61,043 nucleotides of DNA from Nitrospirota bacterium. GTDB taxonomy: Bacteria > Nitrospirota > UBA9217. Position numbers and translations under genes: made by a program. The stretch spans positions 1 through 61,043 of the forward strand of contig CAVUHW010000005.1 of NCBI GenBank assembly GCA_963741205.1, given 5' to 3'. The notes under the pieces are model-generated. The model saw only the letters and a program-made list of their open reading frames with translations. It was not told the DNA's origin and ran no database searches. Of this stretch, positions 30,976 through 42,004 are shown piece by piece. The number at the start of each line of letters is the position of its first letter. Position 1 is the stretch's first letter.

Positions 30976-31223
30976 TGCCTCGTCCGACAACTCCGGTCAG
31001 CGTGAAGCATCTGACCTATATTCCACATCGCCCACCTTCAGACGTTCCATGTTCTCCCTCGCAGAATCCATGTCCTCATTTTTTACAGTAGCGTGCGGAT
31101 TCTCTCTCTCTTTTGAAAATATCTTCGCATATGATATCGGTCGCCATGACGACTTCATCTTTTTTATCGACGTCAACAGGAATGAGAGAAAGAGAATGGT
31201 CGGCGGAGGCGGTGCGGTGAAGG

Positions 31224-31901
31224 TTACACCTTGCGGTGTTCTTTGATGCGCTCGAGGGCATTGCGGGCGATCAGGATATTTTCATCTGCTTCCCTGACAA
31301 TGCCCTTTGTCGTTAGCACCTTGAGGCATTTGGAAACGGCCTCCCGCGACGAGCCGATGCGGGCTGCCAGTTCCTTGTGAGTAAGCCTGCCCGCCTTCAG
31401 AAAGCCATGGGGGCCTGTTTCCTCGGCGGCCTCCAGGAGCGTCCTGACCAGCCGTTCACCCACTTCAAGGAACGCCAGGGATTCGATGAACTCGTCTGCC
31501 TTGCGAAGCCGTTCGACGATGGTCGCCATGAGTTCGACTGCGATGCTCGGGTTCTTATAGAGGACCTCGAGGAAAACATTTTTTTGCAGGACGGAAAGCT
31601 CCGAGTCCTTTTCCGCAACGATCGTGGCGGACCTGCCCTTTCCGTCGAGCAGGCTGAGCTCGCCGAAAAAATCCCCTTTTGCGAACTCAGCGAGCACGAT
31701 CTCGTCGCCTTCCTCGTCGGCCAGAACGGCCTTCAGCTTTCCGGAATTGACGATATAGAGGTCCGTACTGAGGTCCGTCTTGTGGAAGATCACGTCGCCC
31801 TTCTTGAACCGGGCGCTTTTGCAACGCGCGGCTATTTCCCTTAATTGGGAATCCTTCAGCTGCTTGAAGAGCGGTATGTTTTTGAGGTAGTCCGCGAGCA
31901 T
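31224..31901 (-). CDS. Crp/Fnr family transcriptional regulator
   Basis: GDFFGELSLLDGKGRSAT; LTHKELAARIGSSREAVS HTH. Confidence 0.95.
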   Translation of the reverse strand: MLADYLKNIPLFKQLKDSQLREIAARCKSARFKKGDVIFHKTDLSTDLYIVNSGKLKAVLADEEGDEIVLAEFAKGDFFGELSLLDGKGRSATIVAEKDSELSVLQKNVFLEVLYKNPSIAVELMATIVERLRKADEFIESLAFLEVGERLVRTLLEAAEETGPHGFLKAGRLTHKELAARIGSSREAVSKCLKVLTTKGIVREADENILIARNALERIKEHRKV

Positions 31902-31913
31902 AGGATGGTTCTC

Positions 31914-33518
31914 TTAGCGGTTAACTTCCTGCATCTCCCTCTTGAACTCCGAGGTGAAGTGGAAGTTGATCCCGGGGTTGGCCTCTATCATGTTCCGCAG
32001 GACCCAATCCGATTCGGCGAGAAACACGATATTGCCGTCCTTGTCCGTGGCGATGCGGTCCGATTTGAACCTGCAGAATTTGTCCATGTCCGCCTGGTCA
32101 TCCGCGGTGATCCAGCAGGCCTTGTGGATCGCCATGGGGGCGAAACGGCATTTTGCCCCGTACTCGTGTTCCAGGCGGTACTGCAGCACGTCGAACTGGA
32201 GCACCCCCACTGTCCCGACGATCCTTCTGTTTCCCTGCTGCTGCGTGAAGAGCTGGGCCACGCCCTCGTCCGTGAGCTGCTCGATGCCTTTTGCAAGCTG
32301 CTTGGACTTGGACGGGTCGAGGTTGACGAGCTCCTTGAAGACCTCCGGCGAAAACGTCGGAATGCCCTGGAACATGATCTTCTCTCCCTCGGTGAGCGTG
32401 TCGCCGATCTTGAAGTTGCCCGTATCGTACAGGCCGATCACGTCCCCGGGAAAGGCCTCGTCCACGATGCTCTTGCGCGCCCCCAGGAAGCTTGCCGGGC
32501 TGGTGAACCGGATATTCTTGCCCAGCCGCACGTGAAGGAACATCTTGTTCCGCTCGAACTTGCCGGAGCAGACGCGGATAAAGGCAATGCGGTCGCGGTG
32601 GCGGGGGTCCAGGTTCGCGTGGATCTTGAAAACGAAGCCGGTGAAGCTCTTCTCGTCGGCGCTGACTATGCGCTTGTCCGTGGGCCTGCTGCCCGGCGTG
32701 GGCGCGATCTCGGTGAAGGTGTCCAGGAGCTCCTTGACGCCGAAGTTGTTGATGGCGCTGCCGAAGAACACGGGCGCGAGCTCGCCGCGGAGATACGCCT
32801 TGACGTCAAAGGGATGGTGGGTGCCTTCGATCAGCTCCGCGTCCTCTTTCAGGCGAACGGCATAATCGCCGAGCTGCTGGTCGAGGACCGGATCATCGAG
32901 GCCGTTGATCTTGAGCACGTCGTCCGAGACCGTGACGCCCCCGGGCCGGAAAAGATAAAGGCTGCGGTTGTACAGATTGTACACGCCCTTGAAGGACGTT
33001 CCCATACTGATGGGCCACGAAAGCGGCTGGACCTTGATGGCGAGTTTCGCTTCGAGTTCGTCCAGAAGTTCGAAGGGCTCCTTCCCCTCCCGGTCGAGCT
33101 TGTTCACGAAGATGATGACCGGCGTATTGCGCATGCGGCAGACGTGCATGAGCTTCTCGGTCTGCTCTTCCACGCCCTTGACGCAGTCCACCACGAGGAT
33201 GACGCTGTCCACGGCCGTGAGCGTGCGGTAGGTGTCTTCGGCGAAATCCTTGTGCCCCGGCGTGTCCAGGAGGTTGATCTTGAGCCCGTTGTAGTCGAAG
33301 CCCATGACCGATGTGGCAACGGAGATGCCGCGCTGCCGTTCGATGTCCATGAAGTCCGAGGCCGTGCTCTTCCGGATCTTGTTCGACTTCACCGCGCCGG
33401 CGACCTGGATCGCGCCGCCGAAGAGCAGAAACTTTTCGGTGAGCGTGGTCTTGCCAGCGTCGGGATGGCTGATGATGGCAAACGTCCGCCGTTTCTGTAT
33501 TTCGTCAGAATAGTCCAT
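31914..33518 (-). CDS. prfC: Peptide chain release factor 3
   Basis: [42 protein letters not shown]. Confidence 0.98.
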   Translation of the reverse strand: MDYSDEIQKRRTFAIISHPDAGKTTLTEKFLLFGGAIQVAGAVKSNKIRKSTASDFMDIERQRGISVATSVMGFDYNGLKINLLDTPGHKDFAEDTYRTLTAVDSVILVVDCVKGVEEQTEKLMHVCRMRNTPVIIFVNKLDREGKEPFELLDELEAKLAIKVQPLSWPISMGTSFKGVYNLYNRSLYLFRPGGVTVSDDVLKINGLDDPVLDQQLGDYAVRLKEDAELIEGTHHPFDVKAYLRGELAPVFFGSAINNFGVKELLDTFTEIAPTPGSRPTDKRIVSADEKSFTGFVFKIHANLDPRHRDRIAFIRVCSGKFERNKMFLHVRLGKNIRFTSPASFLGARKSIVDEAFPGDVIGLYDTGNFKIGDTLTEGEKIMFQGIPTFSPEVFKELVNLDPSKSKQLAKGIEQLTDEGVAQLFTQQQGNRRIVGTVGVLQFDVLQYRLEHEYGAKCRFAPMAIHKACWITADDQADMDKFCRFKSDRIATDKDGNIVFLAESDWVLRNMIEANPGINFHFTSEFKREMQEVNR

Positions 33519-33547
33519 AAGGCCTTGTTTTCAAATCCCTTGACGTG

Positions 33548-33570
33548 GTAGCCGCAAACTTCAGTTTGCG
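33548..33570 (+). repeat. GTAG-type REP-like palindrome
   Basis: gtagccgcaaacttcagtttgcg. Confidence 0.55.
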
Positions 33571-33779
33571 CGATTCTTGGTTATGATGAATATCGTGGCG
33601 CCAAGGGGACGCCCGCGAAGCGGGACTCCCACCAAAAAGACTACCGCGGATCACATAACATTGTATATGGAGCAAGCCCTGTAACATAACAACTGGAGTC
33701 AAAAAAGTCAAGGATTTCTTGAGGTTTGTAGGGTGTGGGGGCGGGAGAAGAAGGCAAAGCGCGAGCGAGGTACAGCGAG

Positions 33780-34580
33780 TCAACCCTTGTAGGCTCTACT
33801 TACAGCGTCATGAGCCAGAGCGGCCAGCTCTTTCCTCGAATCCCTCGTATGGACCTTGATGATCGGGAGCGGCAAGACCTCCGCCTCTACCGAAGCGATC
33901 GACAGGAGCCGGGGAAAGTGCTGTGAGAACGTAGCGCCGCCATAGTAAAAGATCCTGTCGCGGTTCTTCGGCGTCAGTGTTTCGCCATCCAGGCGGGTGT
34001 AGCGGAGGCAGAGAGGCAGGATATCGGCATCTGCCGTGATCGCCGCGTCGAAAAGGGCGTTCCTGAAGGGATGCACCCGTTCGCCGTTTGAGGTAGTGCC
34101 TTCCGGAAAGAGGACAACGGGATGACCCTCCCGCAACACGCGCGAGATCTCTGCGATCTCTTTTTTAAGCCCGGCAACCTTTCTTCGCTCTACAAACAGG
34201 CTCCCGCCGAGACGCGCAAGCATGCCGAGAAACAAGGTGCCTCCGAGCTCCGTGGAGGTGATAAAGACTGCGGGAACCAGAGAAGCGATGACGAGAACGT
34301 CGACGTACGAAACGTGGTTTGCCACGATGAGGATGTGTCCCGTTTTTTTCGGCCGCCCGTGGCCGAGGGAGACCCGGATGCCGAGCAGCCCCAGCATGAG
34401 CCTGGCGAAGAGGGAGGTATTTTTTAGCAGACGGGCGCGGCGCAGGCGAGAGCCTGTGGGTAGGGCCCAGAGAGCGCATGCACAGAGGATGTACATCATG
34501 AGGATGGAGGTGCTCCCCAGCCATTTGAGCAAAACTCGCATAGATAGGATGAGTCGAAGGCAAGGTCCGTAGAAACGCAA
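33780..34580 (-). CDS. Lysophospholipid acyltransferase (PlsC family)
   Basis: ANHVSYVD, FPEGTTSNG motifs. Confidence 0.9.
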   Translation of the reverse strand: MRFYGPCLRLILSMRVLLKWLGSTSILMMYILCACALWALPTGSRLRRARLLKNTSLFARLMLGLLGIRVSLGHGRPKKTGHILIVANHVSYVDVLVIASLVPAVFITSTELGGTLFLGMLARLGGSLFVERRKVAGLKKEIAEISRVLREGHPVVLFPEGTTSNGERVHPFRNALFDAAITADADILPLCLRYTRLDGETLTPKNRDRIFYYGGATFSQHFPRLLSIASVEAEVLPLPIIKVHTRDSRKELAALAHDAVSRAYKG

Positions 34581-34850
34581 GCCGTTGAAGACGGCGCTCT
34601 CTGGAAAGCCGGCGGCAAATTATCGCACAGCCCGGCGCTGTTTTCAATGGGAAAACGAGTTTTTTGCTGCCTTTACCCCTTTTAGAGAAAGCAGGCCACT
34701 GAAACCGGCTGCTTTTCAACCCTTGACTTGCCAAAAAAGTCGTGACCGGTGATCATTGCAAAGGTCCTCTAACGGGGTTTACTTCGGTCTGGAGCAGGGC
34801 TATACTTTAAGTGAAGACGGAAAGAAGGGATTGGCAGAGGAAGCGAAAGG

Positions 34851-35162
34851 ATGAGTATGCTCGTTGAATTCAGCGTGGTCCCGATCGGTTCGGGCGTAAG
34901 TGTCAGCCCGCAGATCGCCAGGGTGCTTAAAATAGTGGCAGACAGCGGCGTGACTTACAAGGCAAATCCCATGGGCACCGTACTCGAAGGCGACTGGGAC
35001 ACTGTGCTGGCAGTGGTCAGGAAATGCCACGAGGCCGTTATGAAGGATTCGGACCGGGCATTGACGAGGATCACGATCGACGATCGCAAAGGCAAGGAAG
35101 CCCGGATGGAAAAGAAACTCGAATCGGTGGAGCAGAAGCTGGGCATGAAGCTGAAAACCTGA
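34851..35162 (+). CDS. MTH1187 family thiamine-binding protein
   Basis: EFSVVPIG, NPMGTVLEG, IDDRKG. Confidence 0.9.
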   Translation: MSMLVEFSVVPIGSGVSVSPQIARVLKIVADSGVTYKANPMGTVLEGDWDTVLAVVRKCHEAVMKDSDRALTRITIDDRKGKEARMEKKLESVEQKLGMKLKT

Positions 35163-35180
35163 TCAAAAGGGAGGTGAACC

Positions 35181-35396
35181 ATGGACAGCAAAGGGAACGG
35201 AAGCAGCGCGGAACGCATCAAGATCCAGGAAAGGGCCCTGTCCAATCTGGCCGATACGATGAAGAAGCATGAGGACCGGCTCGACGACGAGATCAGGGAC
35301 ATCCAATCCGAGTTGAAAGCGCTCAAACTGTTCCTCGCGCGGAATGTACCCGAGTTCAAGAAGCAGTTTCCCGAGATTCAGCGAAAGCTGAAATGA
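35181..35396 (+). CDS. Hypothetical coiled-coil protein
   Basis: 71 aa ORF with RBS ggagg, operonic. Confidence 0.7.
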   Translation: MDSKGNGSSAERIKIQERALSNLADTMKKHEDRLDDEIRDIQSELKALKLFLARNVPEFKKQFPEIQRKLK

Positions 35397-35441
35397 ACGC
35401 TGTCCGGGGCTGGTTTTCCCCGCGACGAAGGAGGCGATTCT

Positions 35442-35973
35442 ATGAAGGCAGTCGCGAAAACGGTGAAAGATTACAAACTAAGCTACAAGAAAAAAGCGGT
35501 TTCGACCGATTCGTATCTTCCGCGCGGCGCAAGCCGCAACATGTCCGTGTGCGGGGGATGCCGCGCCGTGTACATGAACAAACGGTGGTATGCGGACGGC
35601 GACGCTTACAAGTCGGTACCGTGAACAACCGGGAAACAGACGTCAGGTGATCTGCCCGGCGTGCCTCAAGATCCGCGACAATTTCCCGGGCGGCATTGTG
35701 ACGCTGAAAGGGGATTATGTGCTCCCGCATAAAGCGGACCTGATGAACCTCGTCCGGAACGAAGAGGAGCGGGCCCGCGGACTCAATCCCTTGGAGCGCG
35801 TGATCGCCATCAAGGAGAACGGCTTCGGAAGCATCGTCATCTCAACAACGAATGAGAAACTCGCTCAGCGGCTCGGACGGGCGATCAAGAAGGCGTTCCA
35901 CGGCGATGTGGCCTATCACTGGTCGCACGACAACAAACTGGTGCGGGTCGAGTGGGTGAGGGAGATGGATTAA
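35442..35973 (+). CDS. BCAM0308-family zinc-binding protein (frameshift near 35615)
   Basis: CGGCRAVY..KRW, CPACLKIRDNFPGG, TTNEKLAQRLGRA. Confidence 0.85.
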
Positions 35974-36152
35974 AGAGAAATGTAGAAAACATTGAGGTTG
36001 AAGAAAAGAGGGCTGATTTCGATTAAGAAATCGGCCTTTTTTGTGGGCATTTTGAGACTTACCGGTAGGGATAATATAATACGTTACTCCCTTTGGGTGA
36101 AATACACCCATTTAGAAGGTTATTTGAGCGCTTCAGGGATATAAATGTATGG

Positions 36153-36191
36153 CAAAAAAGCCCCGGTGACATTGCGGGTCACCAGGGCTTT
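36153..36191 (-). terminator. Terminator downstream of tupBC
   Basis: aaaaaagccccggtgac...gtcaccagggct hairpin. Confidence 0.6.
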
Positions 36192-36283
36192 GGCGTAGCG
36201 CCACTCTTGTAAATACTCCTTCCATTTCGCGGAGGATATTTTTTTATTGTTCACCTTTCTGCTATCATCTCTCCGCCAAAAAG

Positions 36284-36940
36284 TCACCTTCCCCCCTGCG
36301 TTTCAATCATCCCGTCCTTCATGAGAAGAAGCACATCCGCCAGGCGCTCCGCCTGGTCCCGGTCGTGGGTGGTCATGATGACCGTCGTGCGGCCGCCTTC
36401 TTTCATCGTCTTGATGATGGACTCGATGATCGCTGTGTTTTCCAGGTCCACCGAGGCCGTGGGCTCATCGAGGAAGAGGATCTCGGGCTCGGTCACGAGC
36501 GCGCGCGCGATGCCGAGGCGCTGGGTCTCCCCGCTCGAAAGGGTGATGGCTCGTTGACCTGCCTTGTTCTCCAGGCCGACGAAGGCGAGCGCCCTGTTCA
36601 CCTTCTGCTCGATCTCGTCGCGGCGAACACCGCGGATCTTGAGGCCGTAGGCGACGTTCTTGAAAACGGTCGTGTTGAATACGCCGGTCCGGGCGAGGAC
36701 CATGGTCATCCGCCTCCGGAGCGAAAAATCCTGAATAAGCGGCGCTCCGCCCGAGATAAACGACAAATCCCCATTGTCCGGTTGTTCGAGCAGGGAGCAG
36801 ATGCGTAAGAATGTGGACTTGCCGCAGCCGTTGGGGCCCATGAGCACATAGGGCCCCATGCCTTCGAACGAAACGGAACAGTCTTTGAGAATGGTTTTGC
36901 CGCTGTACGTTTTTTTTATGTGAGAGGTGATAAGCTTCAC
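36284..36940 (-). CDS. tupC: Tungstate ABC transporter ATP-binding subunit
   Basis: GPNGCGKS, LSSGETQRLGIARA, LFLDEPT; GTG start overlaps the permease stop. Confidence 0.8.
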   Translation of the reverse strand: MKLITSHIKKTYSGKTILKDCSVSFEGMGPYVLMGPNGCGKSTFLRICSLLEQPDNGDLSFISGGAPLIQDFSLRRRMTMVLARTGVFNTTVFKNVAYGLKIRGVRRDEIEQKVNRALAFVGLENKAGQRAITLSSGETQRLGIARALVTEPEILFLDEPTASVDLENTAIIESIIKTMKEGGRTTVIMTTHDRDQAERLADVLLLMKDGMIETQGGR

Positions 36941-37641
36941 GGATTCGGGACCGCCTCCTTTCTCTGGATCGCATGGAGCGCGGCGTTCACAATGAAGGAG
37001 ATCGCCAGAAGAATGATGCCAAGGGCGAGGGCGAGTTCGAAATTTCCCTTGTCCGTTTCGAGGGCGATGGTCGTGGTCATGACCCGGGTGTAGCCAGCAA
37101 TGTTTCCGCCCACGATCAGGATTGCGCCCACTTCGGCCATGACCCTGCCGAAGGCGGCGATGACCGCAGAGTAGATTCCGTAACGCGCCTCGTGGATGAC
37201 GACCAGGGTTTCCTGCATCTGCGTTGCGCCGAGGGTGCGGGCCGCCAGCTTGATGAGGGGGTCGACGTTCGCGACTGCCGAGTGGCAAAGGGCGGTCACG
37301 ATCGGTATCGCGAGGATCGTCTGTGCGATCACCATGGCCGACGGGGTATAAAGCAGCCCCAGGAACCCCAGGGGGCCCCTGCGGGAGAGCAGAAGATAGA
37401 CCAACAGCCCGACCACGACCGGCGGAAGACCCATGAAGGTGTTCATGGTGCTGACCGCGAGTCCGCGGCCGGGGAACTTTTTAAGGCCGAGAAGAGAACC
37501 GGCGGGAAGTCCGACAACGATCGCAATCAACAGGGCAATCCCGGAGACTTCGAGCGAAAGGAAGATGATTCCGAAGAGCTCGGGGTTCAGATGAAGGATA
37601 AGGATAAATGCCTGCCTAAAGCCGCTCAGTATGGAGTCCAT
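36937..37641 (-). CDS. tupB: Tungstate ABC transporter permease
   Basis: NTFMGLPPVVVGL, FGRVMAEVGA, GGNIAGYTRVMTTTIALET. Confidence 0.88.
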   Translation of the reverse strand: MDSILSGFRQAFILILHLNPELFGIIFLSLEVSGIALLIAIVVGLPAGSLLGLKKFPGRGLAVSTMNTFMGLPPVVVGLLVYLLLSRRGPLGFLGLLYTPSAMVIAQTILAIPIVTALCHSAVANVDPLIKLAARTLGATQMQETLVVIHEARYGIYSAVIAAFGRVMAEVGAILIVGGNIAGYTRVMTTTIALETDKGNFELALALGIILLAISFIVNAALHAIQRKEAVPNP

Positions 37642-37744
37642 AGCTTAAATATCAATCTACCTAACCCGGACAAACCCCGACTAGTCGGGGCAGGCCGGCA
37701 GAGTCCCGCAACGCGGGAAACCAAAAGCTGTAGCAAAAGGCATC

Positions 37745-37864
37745 TCTCGCAAAGCCGCAAAGTTCGCAAAGAAGGACACGGCTTACTTCTGGTTTTAAAA
37801 CCCAAGAATTGAAGCTTTTGATTTATGTCAGGTTTCCCTTTGCGTCCTCTGCGTCTTTGCGAGA
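37745..37864. repeat. Intergenic inverted-repeat element; similar copy at 42517-42615
   Basis: tctcgcaaagccgcaaag ... ctctgcgtctttgcgaga. Confidence 0.7.
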
Positions 37865-37897
37865 AAATTTCTTGCCATTTTGAGAAGAACCTTGTTC

Positions 37898-38794
37898 TCA
37901 CGGCGACCTCCGGTAATACTCCCTTTGACCCGCGATCACGAGTACGACTCCGGCCAGGATGACGAACATGGCGATAACGCCTGCGCCCGTAATCCGCTCG
38001 CCGGCGACCCAGATGCCGAGAAGGACCGCCAAAACAGGGTTTACGTAGGCATAGCTCGTGGCCAGAGCAGGCCGGACGTTCTTCAGCAAAAACGTATAGG
38101 CGGTGTATCCCAGGAGCGACCCGAACAGCGCAAGATAGATCATTGCGGCTGTCGACCGCGTCGAGACGTTCGAGGGGATTCGCTCGCCCGATGCAAGGCC
38201 CACGACAAGAACCAGCGCCCCGCCGCTCAGCATCTGGGCTGCGCTCGCCATCATACCTGACGGCAGGGAAAGCCGCAGGCTCAAGACCGAGCCGAAGGAC
38301 CACGATGCCGCGGAGAGAACGAGGAGGGCCGCGCCCGCCGGATGGGCACGCAGATCGCCGTCGATGTTGAGAAGAACAATCCCGGCAAACCCGAGCGCGA
38401 GGCCGATCCATTCCGATCGCTGCGGCCACTGCTTCCAGATGCCGGAAAAGAGCACGGTCCAGAGAGGCGTCGTGGCGATCACCAGGGCCGCAATGCCGGA
38501 CCCCACCCACTGCTCCGCATATACGACCCCGCCGGTCCCTCCCAGAAGAAGGAACGCTCCGACAGCCGCAGACCCGGCCCATTGAGGTCCGTTGGGAACG
38601 CCGACCCCCTTGTATCTCAAGTAGAGATACATACCGGCTCCGACGACCATATAGCGGAACCCCGCCGTAAAGAACGGAGGGAAGTCTTCAAGCGAGATCC
38701 GGATCGCCAGGTACGTCGAGCTCCATGCAAGGTACAGGGTAATGAGCGCGATCAGGATTTTTACTCTTCGGTCGTCTTTCACGGGAGCCCGCAA
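37898..38794 (-). CDS. yedA: Drug/metabolite exporter (EamA, YedA-like)
   Basis: LYLAWSSTYLAI, ATSYAYVNPVLAV. Confidence 0.85.
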   Translation of the reverse strand: MRAPVKDDRRVKILIALITLYLAWSSTYLAIRISLEDFPPFFTAGFRYMVVGAGMYLYLRYKGVGVPNGPQWAGSAAVGAFLLLGGTGGVVYAEQWVGSGIAALVIATTPLWTVLFSGIWKQWPQRSEWIGLALGFAGIVLLNIDGDLRAHPAGAALLVLSAASWSFGSVLSLRLSLPSGMMASAAQMLSGGALVLVVGLASGERIPSNVSTRSTAAMIYLALFGSLLGYTAYTFLLKNVRPALATSYAYVNPVLAVLLGIWVAGERITGAGVIAMFVILAGVVLVIAGQREYYRRSP

Positions 38795-38923
38795 TTCCTT
38801 GTAGTGCAGTCTTGATATAAATTAAAAAAGCCACGGAATGGGCATTCCGCGGCCTAGTGCGGCCGGCATGTTCGACCCGGCCGGAAGATCCTGTCGCGGC
38901 TGACGGCGAAGATGCAGCAGGCG

Positions 38924-39430
38924 TCATTTCAGCTTTTGGATCACCGCTTTCAGGATGTCGGCCCTCGTTATGATGCCGATGAGTGTGTTCTTGTCGTCCA
39001 CCACGGTCAAGCGTCTGACCCGTTTATCGGACATGATCCGCACAGCTTCCGCGATATTCGCGCCGGGTTTGATGGTAAAGGCCGGCGACGTCATGATGTC
39101 TCCGACATGGTCTCCGAGCTTGCGTTCGCGGAGCGGTTCTCCGAGCATGTATTTCAACAGGTCTTTGAAAGTGTGCTCCCGGCTCACGCCCACCATCGAG
39201 AGTATGTCCGCCTGCGTGATGATGCCGATTACCTTGTTCTCCTTGTCCACGACGGGAAGACCGCTGATGTTTTTTTCCGACAGAATGTTCGCCACCTGCA
39301 CGATGCTGTCATATTTCGAGATGGCAAGAACGTTCGTCGTCATCACGTCGCGAACGTGCATTTCGAGTCCCATGGACGACCGTATATGCCCGCCACTGCT
39401 TTGTTCCGCACTCATGATAATGCCCTCCAC
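38924..39430 (-). CDS. CBS-domain protein
   Basis: VRDVMT, ISGLPVVD, IGIITRADIL. Confidence 0.9.
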   Translation of the reverse strand: MEGIIMSAEQSSGGHIRSSMGLEMHVRDVMTTNVLAISKYDSIVQVANILSEKNISGLPVVDKENKVIGIITQADILSMVGVSREHTFKDLLKYMLGEPLRERKLGDHVGDIMTSPAFTIKPGANIAEAVRIMSDKRVRRLTVVDDKNTLIGIITRADILKAVIQKLK

Positions 39431-39503
39431 GCCTTATAGAATAAATCTCCCGCCAACAGGGAGTGTCCTCCGCCCTCGAAGGAAGGGCTGAAGAGATAAC
39501 CCC

Positions 39504-40412
39504 TCACGGCGGGCACTTACTGCAAATCGATGTGAACAGCGCAGTGCTCAAGTAGCGGTCGCCGCGGTCGGGAAGAATGACGACGATCGTGCCGTCTTTC
39601 ATCTCCGTTGCTTTCTTGATTGCAGCCCACATAGCCGCACCGCTGCTCATACCGACGAACAGGCCTTCCTCAAGCGCCAGCCGGCGCGTGGTGCTGAAGG
39701 CGTCATCGTCCTGGACGTTCCACTTCTCATCGAGCCCGCCGGGGTTGAATATCTTCGGCACGATGGACTCCGTCATGTTTTTCAAGCCCTGGATCTTGTG
39801 GCCCAGGAGGGGTTCCACGCCCAGGACCGTGATCGAACTGCTGTATTCCTTGAGTCTCCTGCCCGCGCCCATGAGCGTGCCAGTCGTGCCCATGCCCGCT
39901 ACGAAGACGCTCACCTCGCCATTGGTCTGCTCATAGACCTCCCTGCCCGTTGTTTCGTAGTGGGCCTGGACGTTAGCGGGGTTGTCGAACTGGTTCGGCA
40001 TGAAGGTGCCTTGTCTATGCTCATCGTAGATCTTGTGCGCAAGCCGTATCGCGCCGTCGGTGCCTTCGTTGCCGGGGCTCAGGACGAGCTCCGCGCCAAA
40101 GGCCTCCAGCACTTTTCTCCGCTCCATGCTGACGCATTCGGGCATGACAAGCTTCACTTTGTATCCCTTGGCAGTGCCGACCATGGCAAGCCCGATGCCG
40201 GTATTGCCCGACGTGGCCTCGAGAATGGTCGATCCCTTCACGAGTCTTCCTTCCGCTTCGGCGGTCTTGACCATGTACCAGGCAATGCGGTCCTTAACCG
40301 ACCCGCCGGGATTATTCCCTTCGAGCTTGGCGAGGAGCCTGACTTTCGGATTCGGATTGATTCTGTCCAGCCGTGCAAGCGGCGTGTTGCCGATGCAATC
40401 GAGAATGCTCAT
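39504..40412 (-). CDS. cysM: Cysteine synthase (CysM-like)
   Basis: KLEGNNPGGSVKDR, EATSGNTG, GTTGT, PDRGDRYLST. Confidence 0.9.
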   Translation of the reverse strand: MSILDCIGNTPLARLDRINPNPKVRLLAKLEGNNPGGSVKDRIAWYMVKTAEAEGRLVKGSTILEATSGNTGIGLAMVGTAKGYKVKLVMPECVSMERRKVLEAFGAELVLSPGNEGTDGAIRLAHKIYDEHRQGTFMPNQFDNPANVQAHYETTGREVYEQTNGEVSVFVAGMGTTGTLMGAGRRLKEYSSSITVLGVEPLLGHKIQGLKNMTESIVPKIFNPGGLDEKWNVQDDDAFSTTRRLALEEGLFVGMSSGAAMWAAIKKATEMKDGTIVVILPDRGDRYLSTALFTSICSKCPP

Positions 40413-40520
40413 GAACGCTTCCCCCCGGGATACCCACGTGACATCCGGGCTGTAGTATAATGAATTTGCTCCTCGTCTGCAATATTTTTATCGTCGCCTA
40501 ATGCTGCAGCGAAACTTTTT

Positions 40521-40629
40521 TGTCATTCCCGCCCCTGCTTTAATCATGCTGGGGCAGGCTCCAGCGGGAATCCACGTTAAGATTTAGCCGGGGGAAAACC
40601 AATGGATACCCGCTTCCGCGGGTATGACA
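40521..40629. repeat. GTCATTCCCGC-type palindromic intergenic element; similar copy at 52453-52519
   Basis: tgtcattcccg..gcgggaatcca ... tggatacccgcttccgcgggtatgaca. Confidence 0.75.
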
Positions 40630-40690
40630 GCAAGAGTGGAAGTGCTTGTTCGGACAGGAAGTGGAAAAGCGGTCAATGCCGATGAAGGAC

Positions 40691-41863
40691 CTACTCTTGT
40701 TCCTTCAACTCCAGGTGGGCTATGAGGAGCCTCAAGACCTCGGAGGTCCCTTCCCCGATGGTGAGGAGCCTCGCGTCCCTCCAATGCCGGTGGACGTCGT
40801 ATCCGTCCGTATAACCATAGCCCCCATGGATCTGGATCGCGTCGTCGCAAACCTTGAGCGCCATCTCGGAGGCGAAGAGTTTGGCCTGCGAGATCGGCGA
40901 TACCATCTCTTTGCCCTTCTCTTTCAGCATCGCCGCGTAATACGTTAAAAGTCGCGCCGCATTGATGCCGGTTGCCATATCAGCCAGCTTTTGCCGGGTC
41001 ATCTGAAAATCCGATAGGGACCCGCCGAAGGCCTTCCTTCTTTTACTGTATGCGAGGGCTTTTTCATAGGCCGCCTGGGCTATTCCCACGCCCATCGCCG
41101 CAATGGACAGCCTTCCTGCATTGAGTATCTGTTTGGCGCACTCGATCCCCTTGCCCTCTTCTCCGAGGAGGTTTTCCCGCGGCACCGCGCAGTCCTTGAT
41201 TTGGATCGCCGATAACTTGTTCCCCCTGAAGCCCAGTTTCTGCATTTCGCCCTTCACCTCAAATCCCGGGGCGTCCCTCGGCACGATAAAGGCTGAGATG
41301 CCCATATCGGCTCTTGCGAAGACCAGAACGAAATCGGCCTCCCCAGGGTTTGTTATGAGCGTCTTACTGCCGTTCAGTATATATCTGTCGCCCTTTATAA
41401 CCGCTGTTGTCTGGAGGGCATTTGCATCGGACCCGCAGCAGGGTTCCGTGAGCGCGAAGGCTATAAGTTTTTTCCCTTCTGCAAGACCGCTTTGCAGGAG
41501 ATACAGGTTTTTCTGGCGCTCGTTGCCGAAGAGCCGAATGCCTTCACAGGCCATGTTCTGGACATCCACCTGAAGGGCGGTGTTTGCGCAGGCCTTGGCC
41601 AGCATTTCCAGGGCCGCGACGAAGACGGGACAGGGCAGACCCAGACCGTTGTAAGCTTTGGGGAAGGGGATGGCCATGATCCCTTTGTCCGCAACTTTTT
41701 CAAGGTTCCGTCTCGGAAACATCGTCTCCTGGTCCACCTTCTTCGCATCCGGCAGGATCTCCTTCTCCAGGAACGCGCCGATGGATTCAAGCAAGGCGTC
41801 ATAGTGAGCGGAGTCGGGAAAGAGCATCCCGATGATGTTTCTTTGCTCCTGAAGGTAGAACAT
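40691..41863 (-). CDS. Acyl-CoA dehydrogenase
   Basis: FALTEPCCGSD, NGSKTLITN, QIHGGYGY, IGEGTSE. Confidence 0.95.
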   Translation of the reverse strand: MFYLQEQRNIIGMLFPDSAHYDALLESIGAFLEKEILPDAKKVDQETMFPRRNLEKVADKGIMAIPFPKAYNGLGLPCPVFVAALEMLAKACANTALQVDVQNMACEGIRLFGNERQKNLYLLQSGLAEGKKLIAFALTEPCCGSDANALQTTAVIKGDRYILNGSKTLITNPGEADFVLVFARADMGISAFIVPRDAPGFEVKGEMQKLGFRGNKLSAIQIKDCAVPRENLLGEEGKGIECAKQILNAGRLSIAAMGVGIAQAAYEKALAYSKRRKAFGGSLSDFQMTRQKLADMATGINAARLLTYYAAMLKEKGKEMVSPISQAKLFASEMALKVCDDAIQIHGGYGYTDGYDVHRHWRDARLLTIGEGTSEVLRLLIAHLELKEQE

Positions 41864-42004
41864 GGTTCACCTCTGTAATGCGGATTCCGATAAAGCCGGA
41901 CACATGGATGAGCACGGGTCAATTCAAGCGCAGGACTAAACATGCCATTCCGTAAATCCGATTTTACGTGTGCTACTCGAAGGCGCATGTGGTCACATAT
42001 TCTC

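Noticed and set aside
31845-33551. 568-aa plus-strand ORF and similar long antisense ORFs (14512-15384, 56202-57707, 57604-58620)
   Set aside because: These are shadows of well-supported genes on the opposite strand in GC-rich coding sequence.
36150-36260. Possible Moco/tungsten riboswitch near tupBC
   Set aside because: It lies downstream of the genes and shows only a terminator-like hairpin, with no recognisable aptamer.
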